DNA of 64,000 nt from contig OZ244717.1 of NCBI GenBank assembly GCA_965218975.1, forward strand, positions 800,001-864,000, in the 5' to 3' direction. Positions 1 to 13,953 of this stretch are shown here, one piece after another. Origin of the DNA: Candidatus Oxydemutatoraceae bacterium (lineage in GTDB: Bacteria > Pseudomonadota > Gammaproteobacteria > Poriferisulfidales > Oxydemutatoraceae). The position numbers and the translations under genes are program-made. Below the pieces are notes generated by a model. That model saw only the letters and a program-made list of their open reading frames with translations, was not told the DNA's origin and did no database searches. Positions within the stretch are counted from its first letter, which is position 1; each line of letters opens with the position of its first letter.

Positions 1-12
1 GAATTTCGCCCG

Positions 13-954
13 ATGAAGCGTTGGCTATTACTCCGGTTAGTCAATTTAGAAGCAAATCTTTTTAACAAAATCAAGCCGCGTTCTTGGCATAAAAAGTTAG
101 GGGGTATAAATATCAGAGAGGAAGTCCAAGCCTATCTGCATGAAGATTCCAAAGTGATGTATCTTGCGATTCACAAATCGGCAAGCACATCGCTGAGGCG
201 CACTTTTCTGGGCAGTGAGACAGTGCGGGAGCAGCTCGACCAAGAAAAGAAAAAAGCATCGCATAATTGCAAGGTTTCTTTTACCAGCGGCGATATATCC
301 ATTGCACTTATTTTCAGCAAGGGTAGTAGTAGTAGTAGAAGGATATTCGCAGATAGCAAAATAAGAGCGCTATCCGATTTTGAGGGTGGCGGCACGTTAT
401 CTATTTCCAGTTATGACAAAGAGGGGAAGTTCAATGCTCGCAAGGTCGGCATAGAGGAAATTAACGCTTATTTCATTTTTACTTTCGCACGTAATCCTTT
501 CGCTAGATTTGTTTCTTGCTTTGTCGACAAATATCCCCCCCCTCGTTCCGGTTCAGACCAACACACTTTCAGGGATAATATTTTCCCGTACATTTATAGA
601 GTGCGTAATTTTTTGGATTTGGCACGTAGAGTTTCCCGCTTACCTCACAGTTATTTGGATAGGCATCTTCTACCGCAATTTTTTCATATAGAGAGATTCA
701 CCCGCTATGGCTGCAAGCTTGATTTTATCGGCAAAGTGGAAAATATTGCCGAAGATTTTGCACCGATCCGGGAAAAGTATGGTTTATTACCGTTAGAAAC
801 GGTGAATCAAAAATTACGTCTCAGGCGGCAAAACTGGCAAGATTATTACACGCCTAAAACAGCAAAACTAGTTTATGGCATATACCGCAAAGACTTTGAA
901 CTTTTTGGTTATGAAGAAGAGTACCCCAAACTTTTGGCTTATCTGCGGCGATAG
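13..954 (+). CDS. Sulfotransferase family 2 protein
   Basis: PAPS-binding-like motif IHKSASTSLR, plus FTFARNPFARFVSCF, DRHLLPQ, DFIGKVENIAEDF and C-terminal YRKDFELFGY, all typical of Sulfotransfer_2 proteins. Start may lie outside the window. Confidence 0.8.
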   Translation: MKRWLLLRLVNLEANLFNKIKPRSWHKKLGGINIREEVQAYLHEDSKVMYLAIHKSASTSLRRTFLGSETVREQLDQEKKKASHNCKVSFTSGDISIALIFSKGSSSSRRIFADSKIRALSDFEGGGTLSISSYDKEGKFNARKVGIEEINAYFIFTFARNPFARFVSCFVDKYPPPRSGSDQHTFRDNIFPYIYRVRNFLDLARRVSRLPHSYLDRHLLPQFFHIERFTRYGCKLDFIGKVENIAEDFAPIREKYGLLPLETVNQKLRLRRQNWQDYYTPKTAKLVYGIYRKDFELFGYEEEYPKLLAYLRR

Positions 955-1632
955 ATGGAATTTTAGTCGCCAACATAAAAAGTTAGCTGAGCATTTATAA
1001 AATGAGAGTAACAGCAAACGGTATTCCAAAGATTATTTGGATGATGTGGTATCCGAACCCTACGCAATCCTCTCAATCTTGGAACGCCGCTCCTGATCAT
1101 GCTGGCAATCATGGCGTTGCCATAACCGCGACTGGAAAGTCACTTTAATCAACGAGCGAAACTTTTCACAATCGGAGCGGGAGCCGGCGACTCGGCTTAC
1201 TGTTCCGGTATGACAATCCGCAATCAGGCAAAATATGTTCAAATGCAATACCAAAGTAATCAGTATCGTCGCACGACGGTGATCGTTCTTTATGATTGAA
1301 GCGAAATTGTCGCGACAGTAAGCTGGAGTACGCCATACAGCGAGTCTCACAGGTCAGACTGTTCCGGCGGGCGGAGTATGAAAACCGTAGCTGGTTCAAA
1401 ACGGACTAAAGTAACGTCAACCGATGTTTTTGAAACGTTAAATTGGGATTTGCGGATTTTATGTATATAATTTCTTTCCGAGAAGAGAAGGGTTGATTCG
1501 GCTAGGTTAAGGAGCAAGGCAAGGCGTTATTGCCTGTGTGATTGTAGTCCGTGCCGCATCATCATAGAATATCGCCTATTTCCTTACTCAATTAGAGATT
1601 ACGATGTGTTTGTTACACTTAAAGACGGCAAA

Positions 1633-2484
1633 ATGCAGAATGAAGCGTATAACTCTACGAATATTGGCGAATATTTAGCATACCAGCGAGAAAAGCAGGG
1701 TCTTTCTCAAGAGAAAGTCGCACAAGGACTGTGTCTGTCGGTCGAACGTGTCCGAATGCTTGAAAAATTAACCGGCGAACCGAGTCTGCACGATGTGTAT
1801 ACGCGAGGCTACTTACGCAGTTACTGTAAATTGCTGAAGCTTGAGTCCGGCATGATGTCTTCGTTGATGAACACCAAAGCGCCGCATTATACCGACGAGT
1901 CGGACACGGTGACGGATGAGCGTACACATGAATTGATTCGAATTTGGGGGTCCGCCGTCATTATCACGGCTATTGTCGGATTGCTTGCGCTATGGTGGAT
2001 AGAGCAAAACAGTAAAATTTCGGGAACTGAAATAATAACGCCGACATATTCCACGCAGGGGACCCCGTCTGACAAAATACCCAATGAATCATTTATTCCG
2101 ATGCCCGATTTAATTTCTAGTAGAACGGCGACCTCCGCCTTTGAAACAACCGGACAGTCGGAGCAGTTATCGACGCCGGATGTAACTAAAGGCGAGGATG
2201 CGATATTTCGGGGAGTGCGCAATGATGCGAGTAGCCATTTGACTTCTTTGACAATCTACGCGGATAAACAATGTTGGACTTACATCTCCGATCGGGTTGG
2301 CAATGTGATTGTGAATCGTTTGCTTGAACCTGGCTATCGACGAACGGTATTCGGATTTGCCCCGTTTAAGGTTAAATTCGGTGATGCAACCGGAATCCGA
2401 TTATGGGTGAATGATGAACCTTACAATCTGCACCGGCATATTTCGTCACTCCGTACTGCGTTTTTTGAACTGCAGGTTAAATGA
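1633..2484 (+). CDS. rodZ: Cytoskeleton protein RodZ (HTH + TM + DUF4115)
   Basis: N-terminal HTH (GEYLAYQREKQGLSQEKVA...YTRGYLRSYCKLL), single TM segment, C-terminal beta domain, position upstream of hisS. Alternative GTG start at 1606. Confidence 0.85.
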   Translation: MQNEAYNSTNIGEYLAYQREKQGLSQEKVAQGLCLSVERVRMLEKLTGEPSLHDVYTRGYLRSYCKLLKLESGMMSSLMNTKAPHYTDESDTVTDERTHELIRIWGSAVIITAIVGLLALWWIEQNSKISGTEIITPTYSTQGTPSDKIPNESFIPMPDLISSRTATSAFETTGQSEQLSTPDVTKGEDAIFRGVRNDASSHLTSLTIYADKQCWTYISDRVGNVIVNRLLEPGYRRTVFGFAPFKVKFGDATGIRLWVNDEPYNLHRHISSLRTAFFELQVK

Positions 2485-2505
2485 CGTATTAATACGGGTT
2501 TCGGA

Positions 2506-3879
2506 GTGGAAAGAGTTCAATCGGTTAAAGGAATGCATGACGCCTTACCTGAGCAGGTATGCGCGTGGCGTTTGATTGAAAGTCGCGCAAGCGAATTACT
2601 CAATGGCTATGGCTATCGTGAGATACGGCTACCAATCCTTGAGAAGGCCGAATTATTTAGGCGTTCGATCGGTGATGTAACCGATATTGTTGAGAAGGAA
2701 ATGTACACATTTAAGGATGTGGGTGAGGATTTATTGAGCCTGCGTCCGGAAGGCACTGCAAGTTGCGTACGTGCATGCTTACAGCATGGTTTGATCGGCA
2801 AAGGTCGGCGGGAGCGGCTTTGGTATAGCGGACCTTTTTTCCGCCGTGAACGCCCGCAGAAAGGGCGTTACCGACAGTTTTATCAAATAGGAGCGGAGGC
2901 CTTTGGCTTTGAAAGGCCTGATATTGACGCTGAGCTCATCATTCTTCTTGATTCTTTAATTACCCATAGATTGCCTGTGATCGGCGATTTTTCGATTGAG
3001 ATCAACACGCTTGGCAACGCCAAGTCGCGAGTGCGCTATCGTGCCGTTTTGACTGATTATTTAAAGAGATACGAAAAAGAGATGGACGAAAATGCGCGAA
3101 AACGGATACTGACCAATCCATTACGTGTATTAGATAGCAAAGATGAAAAAACCCAAAAGATTGTTTGCGACGCGCCGAAGATTGAAGATTTTTTGGATGA
3201 TCCTTCCCGCAAACATTTTGATCGGTTGCAAACTCTATTACAAAAAGCCGGAGTCGTTTACCGTGTGAATCCCCATTTAGTGCGCGGACTTGATTACTAC
3301 ACGCACACTGTTTTCGAGCTTGTTTTGTCGGGTGTAACCGACGGCGGTTACGCATTGTGTGCCGGCGGGCGTTACGATAATCTGGTTGAACAGTTAGGCG
3401 GAATGTCAGTTCCCGCAGTTGGCTTTGCTATTGGGGCGGACCGTCTGGCTTTGCACTTGGGGCGGCAAAATCCGCTGCCTCAATCGGCGGACATTTATGT
3501 CGTCGCGGTCGGAAGAGAGGCTGAGGATTACGCCCAAAGTTTTATTGCAAAATTGCGCAAAAATATGTTTCTCAATGAACAAAGCAATCTAAAATTCATT
3601 CGTGATCAGCGCCAAAAGGATTTGAACAGAAGAGATATTTATCCGCAACCGAAACGTGAGCCACGCATTGTCGTCAATATCGGCGGTGAAAAAATCAGTT
3701 CGCAATTAAAAAAAGCCAACAAGTCGGGTGCGTCTATCGCACTGATTTTCGGGGATGAAGAAATGGCGAGTCGGACTGTAACGGTTAAGTTTATGCGATC
3801 ATCGTGCGATCAGGAATGCATTCCCGCCGCTGATATTTGCGAACAATTAAGCGCATGGCAATCCAAAGGGCTGTGGTAG
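2506..3879 (+). CDS. hisS: Histidine--tRNA ligase
   Basis: Motifs DIVEKEMYTF, LRPEGTA, FRRERPQKGRYRQF, LVRGLDYY, GGRYD. Confidence 0.98.
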   Translation: MERVQSVKGMHDALPEQVCAWRLIESRASELLNGYGYREIRLPILEKAELFRRSIGDVTDIVEKEMYTFKDVGEDLLSLRPEGTASCVRACLQHGLIGKGRRERLWYSGPFFRRERPQKGRYRQFYQIGAEAFGFERPDIDAELIILLDSLITHRLPVIGDFSIEINTLGNAKSRVRYRAVLTDYLKRYEKEMDENARKRILTNPLRVLDSKDEKTQKIVCDAPKIEDFLDDPSRKHFDRLQTLLQKAGVVYRVNPHLVRGLDYYTHTVFELVLSGVTDGGYALCAGGRYDNLVEQLGGMSVPAVGFAIGADRLALHLGRQNPLPQSADIYVVAVGREAEDYAQSFIAKLRKNMFLNEQSNLKFIRDQRQKDLNRRDIYPQPKREPRIVVNIGGEKISSQLKKANKSGASIALIFGDEEMASRTVTVKFMRSSCDQECIPAADICEQLSAWQSKGLW

Positions 3880-3916
3880 AATCAGTTGGTTTTTAAGTAG
3901 CACCAAGAGGGATACT

Positions 3917-4555
3917 ATGGCAAAAAAGCGATCGGTTTTCCGCGTCGGTACCGAACGTACCGAAGAGGAAACGCTGACGGCGGCACAAGCTTGGTGGAAG
4001 CAGCGCTGGCCGGCAATTATCGGTGGGTTGGCGCTTGGTATTACCGGAGTCGGCGGTTGGTACGGTTGGCAAAATTATGTGGAAAATCGGCGTCAGACGG
4101 CGTCGGAAATCTACCTGGATCTTGTTCGGCAAGAAGATTCGGTCGAAAGTGTAAAACTGCTTGCGCAGTTGGAAAATTATCCGGGCACGGTGTATTTATC
4201 GCTTGGAAAAATGCAACGTACGCGTACTTTGGTCGAGGAAGGTGATTTGGAAAAAGCGGCGGAGTATTTGCAGTGGGTCATTGACCATTCACCGCAAAGT
4301 GCGATGGTTTTACTTGCGGAGTACCGACTGTTACGGGTCTTCCTGGCTCAGGGAAAGTATCAGGAAGTTTTCGATATATTGCAAGAATATAACTACAGCA
4401 TTGCCGCAGAATCTTATTTTCTTGAGCTGAAAGGCGATGCATTGGTCGGTTTGGGTCGTTATAACGAAGCAGTGAGCGAATATCGGAAAGCGTTATCCGA
4501 TAATCCTAATCCGACTGCTCTACTCCGGATGAAGCTCGATAACCTTGGCGGTTGA
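3917..4555 (+). CDS. yfgM: YfgM-family ancillary SecYEG translocon subunit (TPR)
   Basis: N-terminal EEE..WWK plus TM segment, TPR-like helices (ELKGDALV), located between hisS and bamB. Confidence 0.85.
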   Translation: MAKKRSVFRVGTERTEEETLTAAQAWWKQRWPAIIGGLALGITGVGGWYGWQNYVENRRQTASEIYLDLVRQEDSVESVKLLAQLENYPGTVYLSLGKMQRTRTLVEEGDLEKAAEYLQWVIDHSPQSAMVLLAEYRLLRVFLAQGKYQEVFDILQEYNYSIAAESYFLELKGDALVGLGRYNEAVSEYRKALSDNPNPTALLRMKLDNLGG

Positions 4556-5768
4556 TTTCTGCAAACGACGTAATCGAGTCATTCGATTCGGTATTATACC
4601 GGCGTTATTCGGTTCATTGCTGACTGCTTGCGGTTGGCTGTCCGACTTTAACCGGCGGTTAGTCAATGACGAAGACGAAGACTGGCGGATTGCCGCGCTT
4701 GAAGATTTTTCCGAACGTTTGAAATTAAAAAAAGTATGGTCGCAGTCTATAGGCGATGCGCGAGGCACGACGTTACGACGTCAGCTATTACTGCAAGGTA
4801 ATGTCGTGTTCGGCTGTGGCCCGGATGGGAATGTGTTTGCTTTTTCAGCGCGTGACGGGAAACGTTTGTGGAGTCGCGAGTTTGACACCGAGACTTCTTT
4901 TTGCATCGGCGGTAGCGGACAGGCATTAATGATTGGCGCTATCACGGGTGAAGTGATTGCTTTTTCAGTAAAAAACGGTAATCAGCTATGGCGTACTCGT
5001 TTACGCGGCGGGGCGATTAGTGCTATATCAAAAGTCCGCAACGGCAAAGTTTTAGTCCGTAGCGCTAAGGGGAATATTACTGCCTTATCAGCGCGTAATG
5101 GTAAAACACAATGGCAGATAAAAGAGAAACTGCCGTCGCTGACGCTGCGGGGCATGAGTGTTCCGGTTTTATATGAGCAACAAGCGCTGGTCGGTCTCGA
5201 TGACGGGCGGTTGGTAATACTGTCGTTTGAAGATGGTCGAGTACTCCGGGAAATTCGTGTCGGGCTGATTAAAGAAGGCGACGATCTTGACCGGATTGTT
5301 GACATTGACGGAAAGATTGAAGTGCGTGACGGAATATTTTATGTTACCAGCTACCAGGGACGTACAATCGCGTTTGATCTGCAAAGAAATTCAATATTGT
5401 GGTTCGCCGAAGTAAGCTCTTATCAAGGAGTGGCGCTTGGCAAGGATCATGTTTATTTGGTCAATTCTAATGGCGAATTATTAAAGCTTGATCGCTATGT
5501 CGGTAGCGAAGTATGGACGAATGCGGCATTTTCAATACGCGACTTAACGGTTCCTTTGGCGCTTGGTCAATGGATTGTTGTCGGTAGTGACGACGGCTAT
5601 CTCTACTGGATTGATGCGGAAGACGGTAAGATTGTAGCGCGTTTTAACTCCCGCGATGAGATTGTTAGTCCTCCGCTGCGGTTTGGCAATCAAGTGATCG
5701 CAGTGGATCGCGACGGGGATTTGTTCGCGGTTAAAATAACCGCACGTCTTATTGCCACTAAGAATTGA
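4545..5768 (+). CDS. bamB: Outer membrane protein assembly factor BamB
   Basis: Lipobox LLTAC, PQQ-like beta-propeller repeats, SLTLRGMSVP, DRIVDIDG; conserved synteny. Confidence 0.9.
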   Translation: MAVDFCKRRNRVIRFGIIPALFGSLLTACGWLSDFNRRLVNDEDEDWRIAALEDFSERLKLKKVWSQSIGDARGTTLRRQLLLQGNVVFGCGPDGNVFAFSARDGKRLWSREFDTETSFCIGGSGQALMIGAITGEVIAFSVKNGNQLWRTRLRGGAISAISKVRNGKVLVRSAKGNITALSARNGKTQWQIKEKLPSLTLRGMSVPVLYEQQALVGLDDGRLVILSFEDGRVLREIRVGLIKEGDDLDRIVDIDGKIEVRDGIFYVTSYQGRTIAFDLQRNSILWFAEVSSYQGVALGKDHVYLVNSNGELLKLDRYVGSEVWTNAAFSIRDLTVPLALGQWIVVGSDDGYLYWIDAEDGKIVARFNSRDEIVSPPLRFGNQVIAVDRDGDLFAVKITARLIATKN

Positions 5769-7095
5769 TACAGTGTTAAAAGTCGCGATTGTCGGGCGTC
5801 CGAACGTTGGTAAGTCCACTTTGTTTAATTCTCTGGTCCGTGCCCGTGAAGCGCTGGTTGCGGAAGTTGCAGGTTTGACGCGCGATCGCCGCTATGGGAT
5901 TGGCGATTATGGAAAACATCAGTGGCTATTAATTGATACCGGCGGTATTGTTTTTGATGGTGTCGGTTTGGAGCGGCAGATTCTTTGGCAAACACGATTA
6001 GCTATTGATGAGGCCGATTTAATTTGCTTAGTGGTGTGCGCACAAGAAGGGCTGGTACCGTTGGATTTGATGATCGTTGAGGAATTACGCCGCACAAGCA
6101 AACCGCTGTGGTTGATTATGAATAAGCTCGACGGTCGTGATGAGTCGTTCATTCAGGCGGAATTCTCGAAACTGGGTATCCGGCCAAGCTTCTGCGCCAC
6201 GGCATTACACGGCAGATATGTAGACAATCTACGCCAAACGCTTGCCGAATACAGTGCGGATTACACAAATGGTGCTGTGTCGCAGAATACGGATGAGACG
6301 ACAATACGGCTGGCTTTCTTAGGCCGCCCGAATGCCGGCAAGTCGACTTTAATTAATAAAATTCTTGGTGAGGAACGTTTACTGACTTCGGATCGAGGCG
6401 GCACGACGCGAGACAGTATCGCCGTGTCTTTTAAGTGTAACGATATACAGTTTCTCTTAATTGATACTGCCGGAATAAGGCGGCGTAAAGCGACCACCGA
6501 TGCGGAGAAACTCAGTGTGCTTAATGCGTTTGAAAATGCGTTGGCGTCGGATGTCGCGATACTGGTTTGCTCTGCAGAAGAAGTTGCCGAGCAAGATGCT
6601 TCGCTTGCAGCACAGGCTTTGAAGGCCGGTTGCGCTTTAGTTGTTGCGCTGAACAAAAGTGATTTGATAAGCCGGGATAACCGCGTCGCATTGCGCGACG
6701 CTATTGATCGGCGGCTACGCTTTTTACGTCGTTTTGACATTGTATTCGTTTCGGCATTGAACGGTAGCGGGATTGAACGATTATTACGGGCGGCGCAAAA
6801 AGCGTGGCAAGCGGCGCAGACGCGTCTGACCGCATCGCAATGTACACGTATGTTGCAATCTGCGGTTTCATCACATCAGCCGCCGTTGGTCGGAGGTGGT
6901 CATGTAAAGTTACGCTATGCTCACCAAGGAGGGGTGCGTCCGCCTCGTTTTATTATTTACGGAAGTCGTGTTGATCGTCTGACATATTCATACCGACGCT
7001 ATCTGGAAAACTTCTTCCGCAAGGAACTACATTTAGTCGGCACGCCATTGGCGCTAGAGTTTCGCCGCACTGAAAATCCCTACCGCAAGCAGTAG
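5752..7095 (+). CDS. der: Ribosome biogenesis GTPase Der (EngA)
   Basis: Two G domains (GRPNVGKS/TRD/DTGG and GRPNAGKS/TRD/DTAG) and a C-terminal KH-like domain. True start may be the GTG at 5773. Confidence 0.96.
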   Translation: MPLRIDTVLKVAIVGRPNVGKSTLFNSLVRAREALVAEVAGLTRDRRYGIGDYGKHQWLLIDTGGIVFDGVGLERQILWQTRLAIDEADLICLVVCAQEGLVPLDLMIVEELRRTSKPLWLIMNKLDGRDESFIQAEFSKLGIRPSFCATALHGRYVDNLRQTLAEYSADYTNGAVSQNTDETTIRLAFLGRPNAGKSTLINKILGEERLLTSDRGGTTRDSIAVSFKCNDIQFLLIDTAGIRRRKATTDAEKLSVLNAFENALASDVAILVCSAEEVAEQDASLAAQALKAGCALVVALNKSDLISRDNRVALRDAIDRRLRFLRRFDIVFVSALNGSGIERLLRAAQKAWQAAQTRLTASQCTRMLQSAVSSHQPPLVGGGHVKLRYAHQGGVRPPRFIIYGSRVDRLTYSYRRYLENFFRKELHLVGTPLALEFRRTENPYRKQ

Positions 7096-7127
7096 CGGTA
7101 TGATTGGATGCAGTTATAGAAAACCGG

Positions 7128-7517
7128 TTAAGGCAGCGGCGTTTTTGCGGGCGGTTGCCAATTCGGCGCTTGGTGTTCAACGATAACCGTCGTATGGAGT
7201 CCGCCGCGAACATTGAACTTCGCGGTTAAGCGCATAAAACGCGGGGCGATGGCTACGCAAAGATGCCGGAGTATTTCGTTGCTGACTTTTTCGTGAAATG
7301 CACCGTGATCGCGAAATGACCAAAAATAATTTTTGAGGCTTTTTAACTCCAAGCATAGTTGATCGGGCATGTATTCAATTTTAATTGTGGCAAAATCAGG
7401 TTGACCGGTGAGCGGGCATAAGCAAGTAAATTCCTGTGTTTCAATGCGGATCAAATAATCCCTATTTTTGGCGGGATTTTCAAAGGTTTGCAAGTTTATA
7501 TCGGGGTTTTCCGACAT
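7128..7517 (-). CDS. queF: NADPH-dependent 7-cyano-7-deazaguanine reductase (short type I)
   Basis: [30 protein letters not shown] motifs. Confidence 0.96.
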   Translation of the reverse strand: MSENPDINLQTFENPAKNRDYLIRIETQEFTCLCPLTGQPDFATIKIEYMPDQLCLELKSLKNYFWSFRDHGAFHEKVSNEILRHLCVAIAPRFMRLTAKFNVRGGLHTTVIVEHQAPNWQPPAKTPLP

Positions 7518-7576
7518 TTGGTTTATACTGTTATAAATTTGGAAATTATAGCCATTTTTGAATAAACAAGGTAACC

Positions 7577-10500
7577 ATGAGACTCGAGAAGATTCATCTT
7601 GGTGGCTTCAAGTCTTTTGCAGATGCGGTTTCTGTAGAATTGAAAGATCAGATGATTGGGATTGTCGGTCCCAACGGATGCGGTAAATCAAATGTTGTCG
7701 ATGCTGTCCGTTGGGTGATGGGCGAAGCTTCCCGCCATATCCGTGCGATGAATCTTGAAGATGTTATTTTTAGCGGCACAATCAGCCGCAAGCCGGTTGA
7801 GCAAGCATTTGTCGAGCTTATTTTTGATAATGCTCAGGGCAAGTGCGGCGTACAGTACGCTCAATACGGTGAAATATCAATCCGCCGAACAGTGTCGCGC
7901 GATCGCGATTCAAAATACTATATCAACGGAAAACGTTGTCGACGTAAAGATATTGCCGATATTTTCTTCGGCACCGGTCTGGGCGCGAATAGTTATGCGA
8001 TTATTGAACAGGGAATGATTTCGCGTATTGTTGAAGCGAAACCCGATGAGATGCGTTCTTATGTTGAAGAAGCGGCAGGTGTTTCAAAATATAAAGAACG
8101 CCGCAAAGAAACGGAAATCCATATTCGTCACACCCGCGATAACCTTGATCGGGTGATGGATATTCGCGAGGAAATAGATAAACAATTACGCAAACTAAAG
8201 AGACAAGTGCGGGAAGCGAAACGATATGCGCAATTGAAGTCGAAAAAAGACATGCTGCGGGCGGGTTTGATGCTGATGCGGCTGCGTTATTATGAAGCCG
8301 AGCAGAAAAATGCAAAGAAAGTTTTATCCGAGAAACGGATGAGTTTTGACCAAAGCGAAGTATCCATACAAGCGACGGAGGCAAAGATTGAACGGCAGCG
8401 CACAGACTTGGAAATGGCAAATAATAAGTTGCATACAGTGAGGGAGGCGCTATATCGCTTGGATGCCAAAGCAACCGCTTTAGAAAGTGAAATCACTTCT
8501 CAGGAACAAGACGCCGAGCGGATTCGGCGAGAGCAAAAAGAGATTGAAGAAACATTGCGGGATATTTCTAGTGAGTTGCGAACCGAGCGGGAAAGGTATC
8601 AGAAATTTGAAGCCCGTGTCGCCGAGTTGCAAATCATTCGCGAGCGATTAACCGATGATACCGCCGCCAATCGGGAGAATGCCGAGGATAGTGAAAATGA
8701 GTTGAATAAGTTATACAAAATGCGCGATCGTCATCACAGCGAGTCGCGTGAATCTTCGGAAAAACTAAAAGTTGAGAAAGCGCGCGGCGAACTATATCGA
8801 CAATCGATATCGGAAATAGATAAAAGCGAAAGTGAGATTGATAAACAACGTGAAGAAATTGATCCGTTTTTATTGGAGGCGGAAAAAAAAGAAAATATAC
8901 ATCGCTTGAAACATAGCCGCTATGAAGCGGAGCAAAGTTTGCAGATGCTTGAGCAGGCATCCGCCGATATCAAACGTTTACGCGGCTGTGTGCAAGCACT
9001 GAGCGGAAAGCTCAACGAAGGACAGGTGCAGGCACAGGAAGCGCAAGGGCAAATTTCTTCGTTGGAAGTGTTACAGGAAGCGGCGCTTGGTCATGATACC
9101 GAATCTTTTTATGTCTGGTTAGAAGAAGCGGAGTTGTCCGATAAGGACTTAGTGTCTGAAAATATTGCAGTGGAACGCGGTTGGGAGGATGCGGTCGAAC
9201 TTGTGTTAAGTGCCTTTTTGGGCGGCGTCAGAATTGATTCGTTGGACCGGCAGGCACAAAATCTGGATTCTTTTAATCAGGGAAATTTGGTTCTGATTGA
9301 ATCAAGTCTGTCGGTTGCATCCGCCGGACAGGAGACGCTTGCCGACAAAGTATCAAGCGAAATCGGATTACACGATTGGTTGTCACGGGTGTTACTTGCC
9401 GAAAATATCACCGATGCAATGACGAGACGTCATTCATTGAGCGTCGGCGAATCTATTGTTACCCGCGACGGCGCTTGGGTCGGAAAGAATTGGCTGCAGC
9501 TACGCCGCTTTAGCCAAGGTGACGAAGGAGTATTGATGCGCAAGACTAAAATTGAGTCTCTGCGTAGGCAGCTTGATGAGCTACAGGAGTCGTCTGATGC
9601 GGTGAAGCGCGAACTGAACCAAGCTCATATTGATTTGTCTGCACAAGAAGCGGTACGCGACCGCGAGCAGGAGCGACGGCTTGCTTATTTGAAAGAAATT
9701 GCAACGCTTGAATCGAAAATCACCCATTGCGATGAGCAAATAGATCAACAATGTGCGCGGTCGGAAAAATTGGATCAGATGAAAGCGGAAATTGCGCTAC
9801 GCCGCGAACGGTTAATCGTCGAGCATCGCCAATCGCGCCGAGAGTACGAACAAGCGCAGGCGCAAGTGCAAGAAATGAATACCCGCTTTGATGAGCTTGC
9901 CAAAAATATTATGCGACAGGCAAATAAACTTGCCGAGACGAAGCGTTTATTTCATCAAACGCGCGACACCCTGCATCAAGCGGAAATAGAAAACGAGTCG
10001 GCGCGGGTGAATTTAGCTGCCGCGCAGAAACATATTGAACAACTGCAACGTCAAGAAGCATCATTGAAACAACATCAGACAATTTTGCTGGAGTCTATGA
10101 ATCACTTGACCGCGCCCTTATCCGATAGCCAGCGGCAACACGGACAATTGCTCAAGGAGCACCTTGATTCTGATGAAAAACTTGCCGGCGCCAACCGAAA
10201 TGTATCGGCGAAGCAGGCAAAAATTGGCGAACTGGAAAGTGAACGTAATCGGTTGCGTGAACAATTCGATGCGAGACGCAAAGCGAACGAAGACGCGCAT
10301 GCCGCTTTGCAAGTCAGCGTTGCGCGCTACCATGACGCGAAAGCGGCATTTGATAAATTCGCCGTTGATATTGTCGAGGTTGAAGCAAGTTTGAGGGCAG
10401 ACGTAACGGTTCAGGCACAGGAAGCGGCATTGCAGGAGGTGCAAGAGAAGCTTGGTCGGCTCGGTGCGATTAACTTGGTTGCGCTGGGTGAATTTAATGA

Positions 10501-11074
10501 GTTGAGTGAACGCAAAACTTTTATAGATTTACAATACAAGGATTTGACTTCGGCGCTGAGTAATTTGGAAGCGGTGATTAAGAAAATTGATCATGAGACC
10601 CGTAGCCGCTTTAAGAAGACGTTCGAACGCATCAATGAAAATCTGCGCAAACTGTTTCCCGCATTATTCGGCGGCGGAGAGGCTTACTTGGAAATGACCG
10701 AATCGGATTTGCTAAACACCGGAATTACGGTGATGGCGAAGCCCCCGGGGAAACGCTTGTCGACGATACAGCTCATGTCGGGCGGTGAGAAAGCGCTTGC
10801 CGCGGCCGCTGTCGTATTTTCGATCTTTGAATTGAATCCTGCGCCATTTTGTCTTCTTGATGAGGTAGATGCGCCGCTTGACGAGCACAACATTGAGCGT
10901 TTTTGCAGTATGATCAAAGATATGAGTCGCCGTATTCAGTTTGTTATGATTACGCATAGTAAGCTGACGATGGAGTATATGGATAGTCTGATCGGTATTA
11001 CGATGTATGAGGCAGGGGTATCAAGATTGGTATCGGTTGATATGGACGAAGCATTAAAGATGGCATCCGCCTAG
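7577..11074 (+). CDS. smc: Chromosome segregation protein SMC
   Basis: Walker [10 protein letters not shown], long coiled coils with hinge, MSGGEK signature, [10 protein letters not shown]. Confidence 0.97.
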   Translation: MRLEKIHLGGFKSFADAVSVELKDQMIGIVGPNGCGKSNVVDAVRWVMGEASRHIRAMNLEDVIFSGTISRKPVEQAFVELIFDNAQGKCGVQYAQYGEISIRRTVSRDRDSKYYINGKRCRRKDIADIFFGTGLGANSYAIIEQGMISRIVEAKPDEMRSYVEEAAGVSKYKERRKETEIHIRHTRDNLDRVMDIREEIDKQLRKLKRQVREAKRYAQLKSKKDMLRAGLMLMRLRYYEAEQKNAKKVLSEKRMSFDQSEVSIQATEAKIERQRTDLEMANNKLHTVREALYRLDAKATALESEITSQEQDAERIRREQKEIEETLRDISSELRTERERYQKFEARVAELQIIRERLTDDTAANRENAEDSENELNKLYKMRDRHHSESRESSEKLKVEKARGELYRQSISEIDKSESEIDKQREEIDPFLLEAEKKENIHRLKHSRYEAEQSLQMLEQASADIKRLRGCVQALSGKLNEGQVQAQEAQGQISSLEVLQEAALGHDTESFYVWLEEAELSDKDLVSENIAVERGWEDAVELVLSAFLGGVRIDSLDRQAQNLDSFNQGNLVLIESSLSVASAGQETLADKVSSEIGLHDWLSRVLLAENITDAMTRRHSLSVGESIVTRDGAWVGKNWLQLRRFSQGDEGVLMRKTKIESLRRQLDELQESSDAVKRELNQAHIDLSAQEAVRDREQERRLAYLKEIATLESKITHCDEQIDQQCARSEKLDQMKAEIALRRERLIVEHRQSRREYEQAQAQVQEMNTRFDELAKNIMRQANKLAETKRLFHQTRDTLHQAEIENESARVNLAAAQKHIEQLQRQEASLKQHQTILLESMNHLTAPLSDSQRQHGQLLKEHLDSDEKLAGANRNVSAKQAKIGELESERNRLREQFDARRKANEDAHAALQVSVARYHDAKAAFDKFAVDIVEVEASLRADVTVQAQEAALQEVQEKLGRLGAINLVALGEFNELSERKTFIDLQYKDLTSALSNLEAVIKKIDHETRSRFKKTFERINENLRKLFPALFGGGEAYLEMTESDLLNTGITVMAKPPGKRLSTIQLMSGGEKALAAAAVVFSIFELNPAPFCLLDEVDAPLDEHNIERFCSMIKDMSRRIQFVMITHSKLTMEYMDSLIGITMYEAGVSRLVSVDMDEALKMASA

Positions 11075-11077
11075 TCA

Positions 11078-13782
<2,705 letters not shown>

Positions 13783-13953
13783 ATTTAAGAGTGAGACCAC
13801 GAGACTATTTGGCCGTTATATATCTTTATTTTAGATAAGTAAATTATTTTTTAACATTTTTATTTATATAAAGTTTGTCGGATAATGCCCCTAATGGTGT
13901 TGTCATGTTCGTTTGACAATAGATTTTTAACAGAAATTAAGAGGTGTATAGCG

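Noticed and set aside
1060-1399. Short minus-strand ORFs; faint IS110/TnpB-like wording in some frames
   Set aside because: No complete motif and multiple stops; cannot be supported without a search.
1461-1472. ATGTATATAATT matching the IS1595 TIR core
   Set aside because: Only 12 AT-rich bases, with no terminal CCC, partner end or TSD; could equally be a -10 element.
13783-13953. Sigma54/NtrC promoter for glnK-amtB
   Set aside because: AT-rich region, but no correctly spaced GG-N10-GC element was found by eye.
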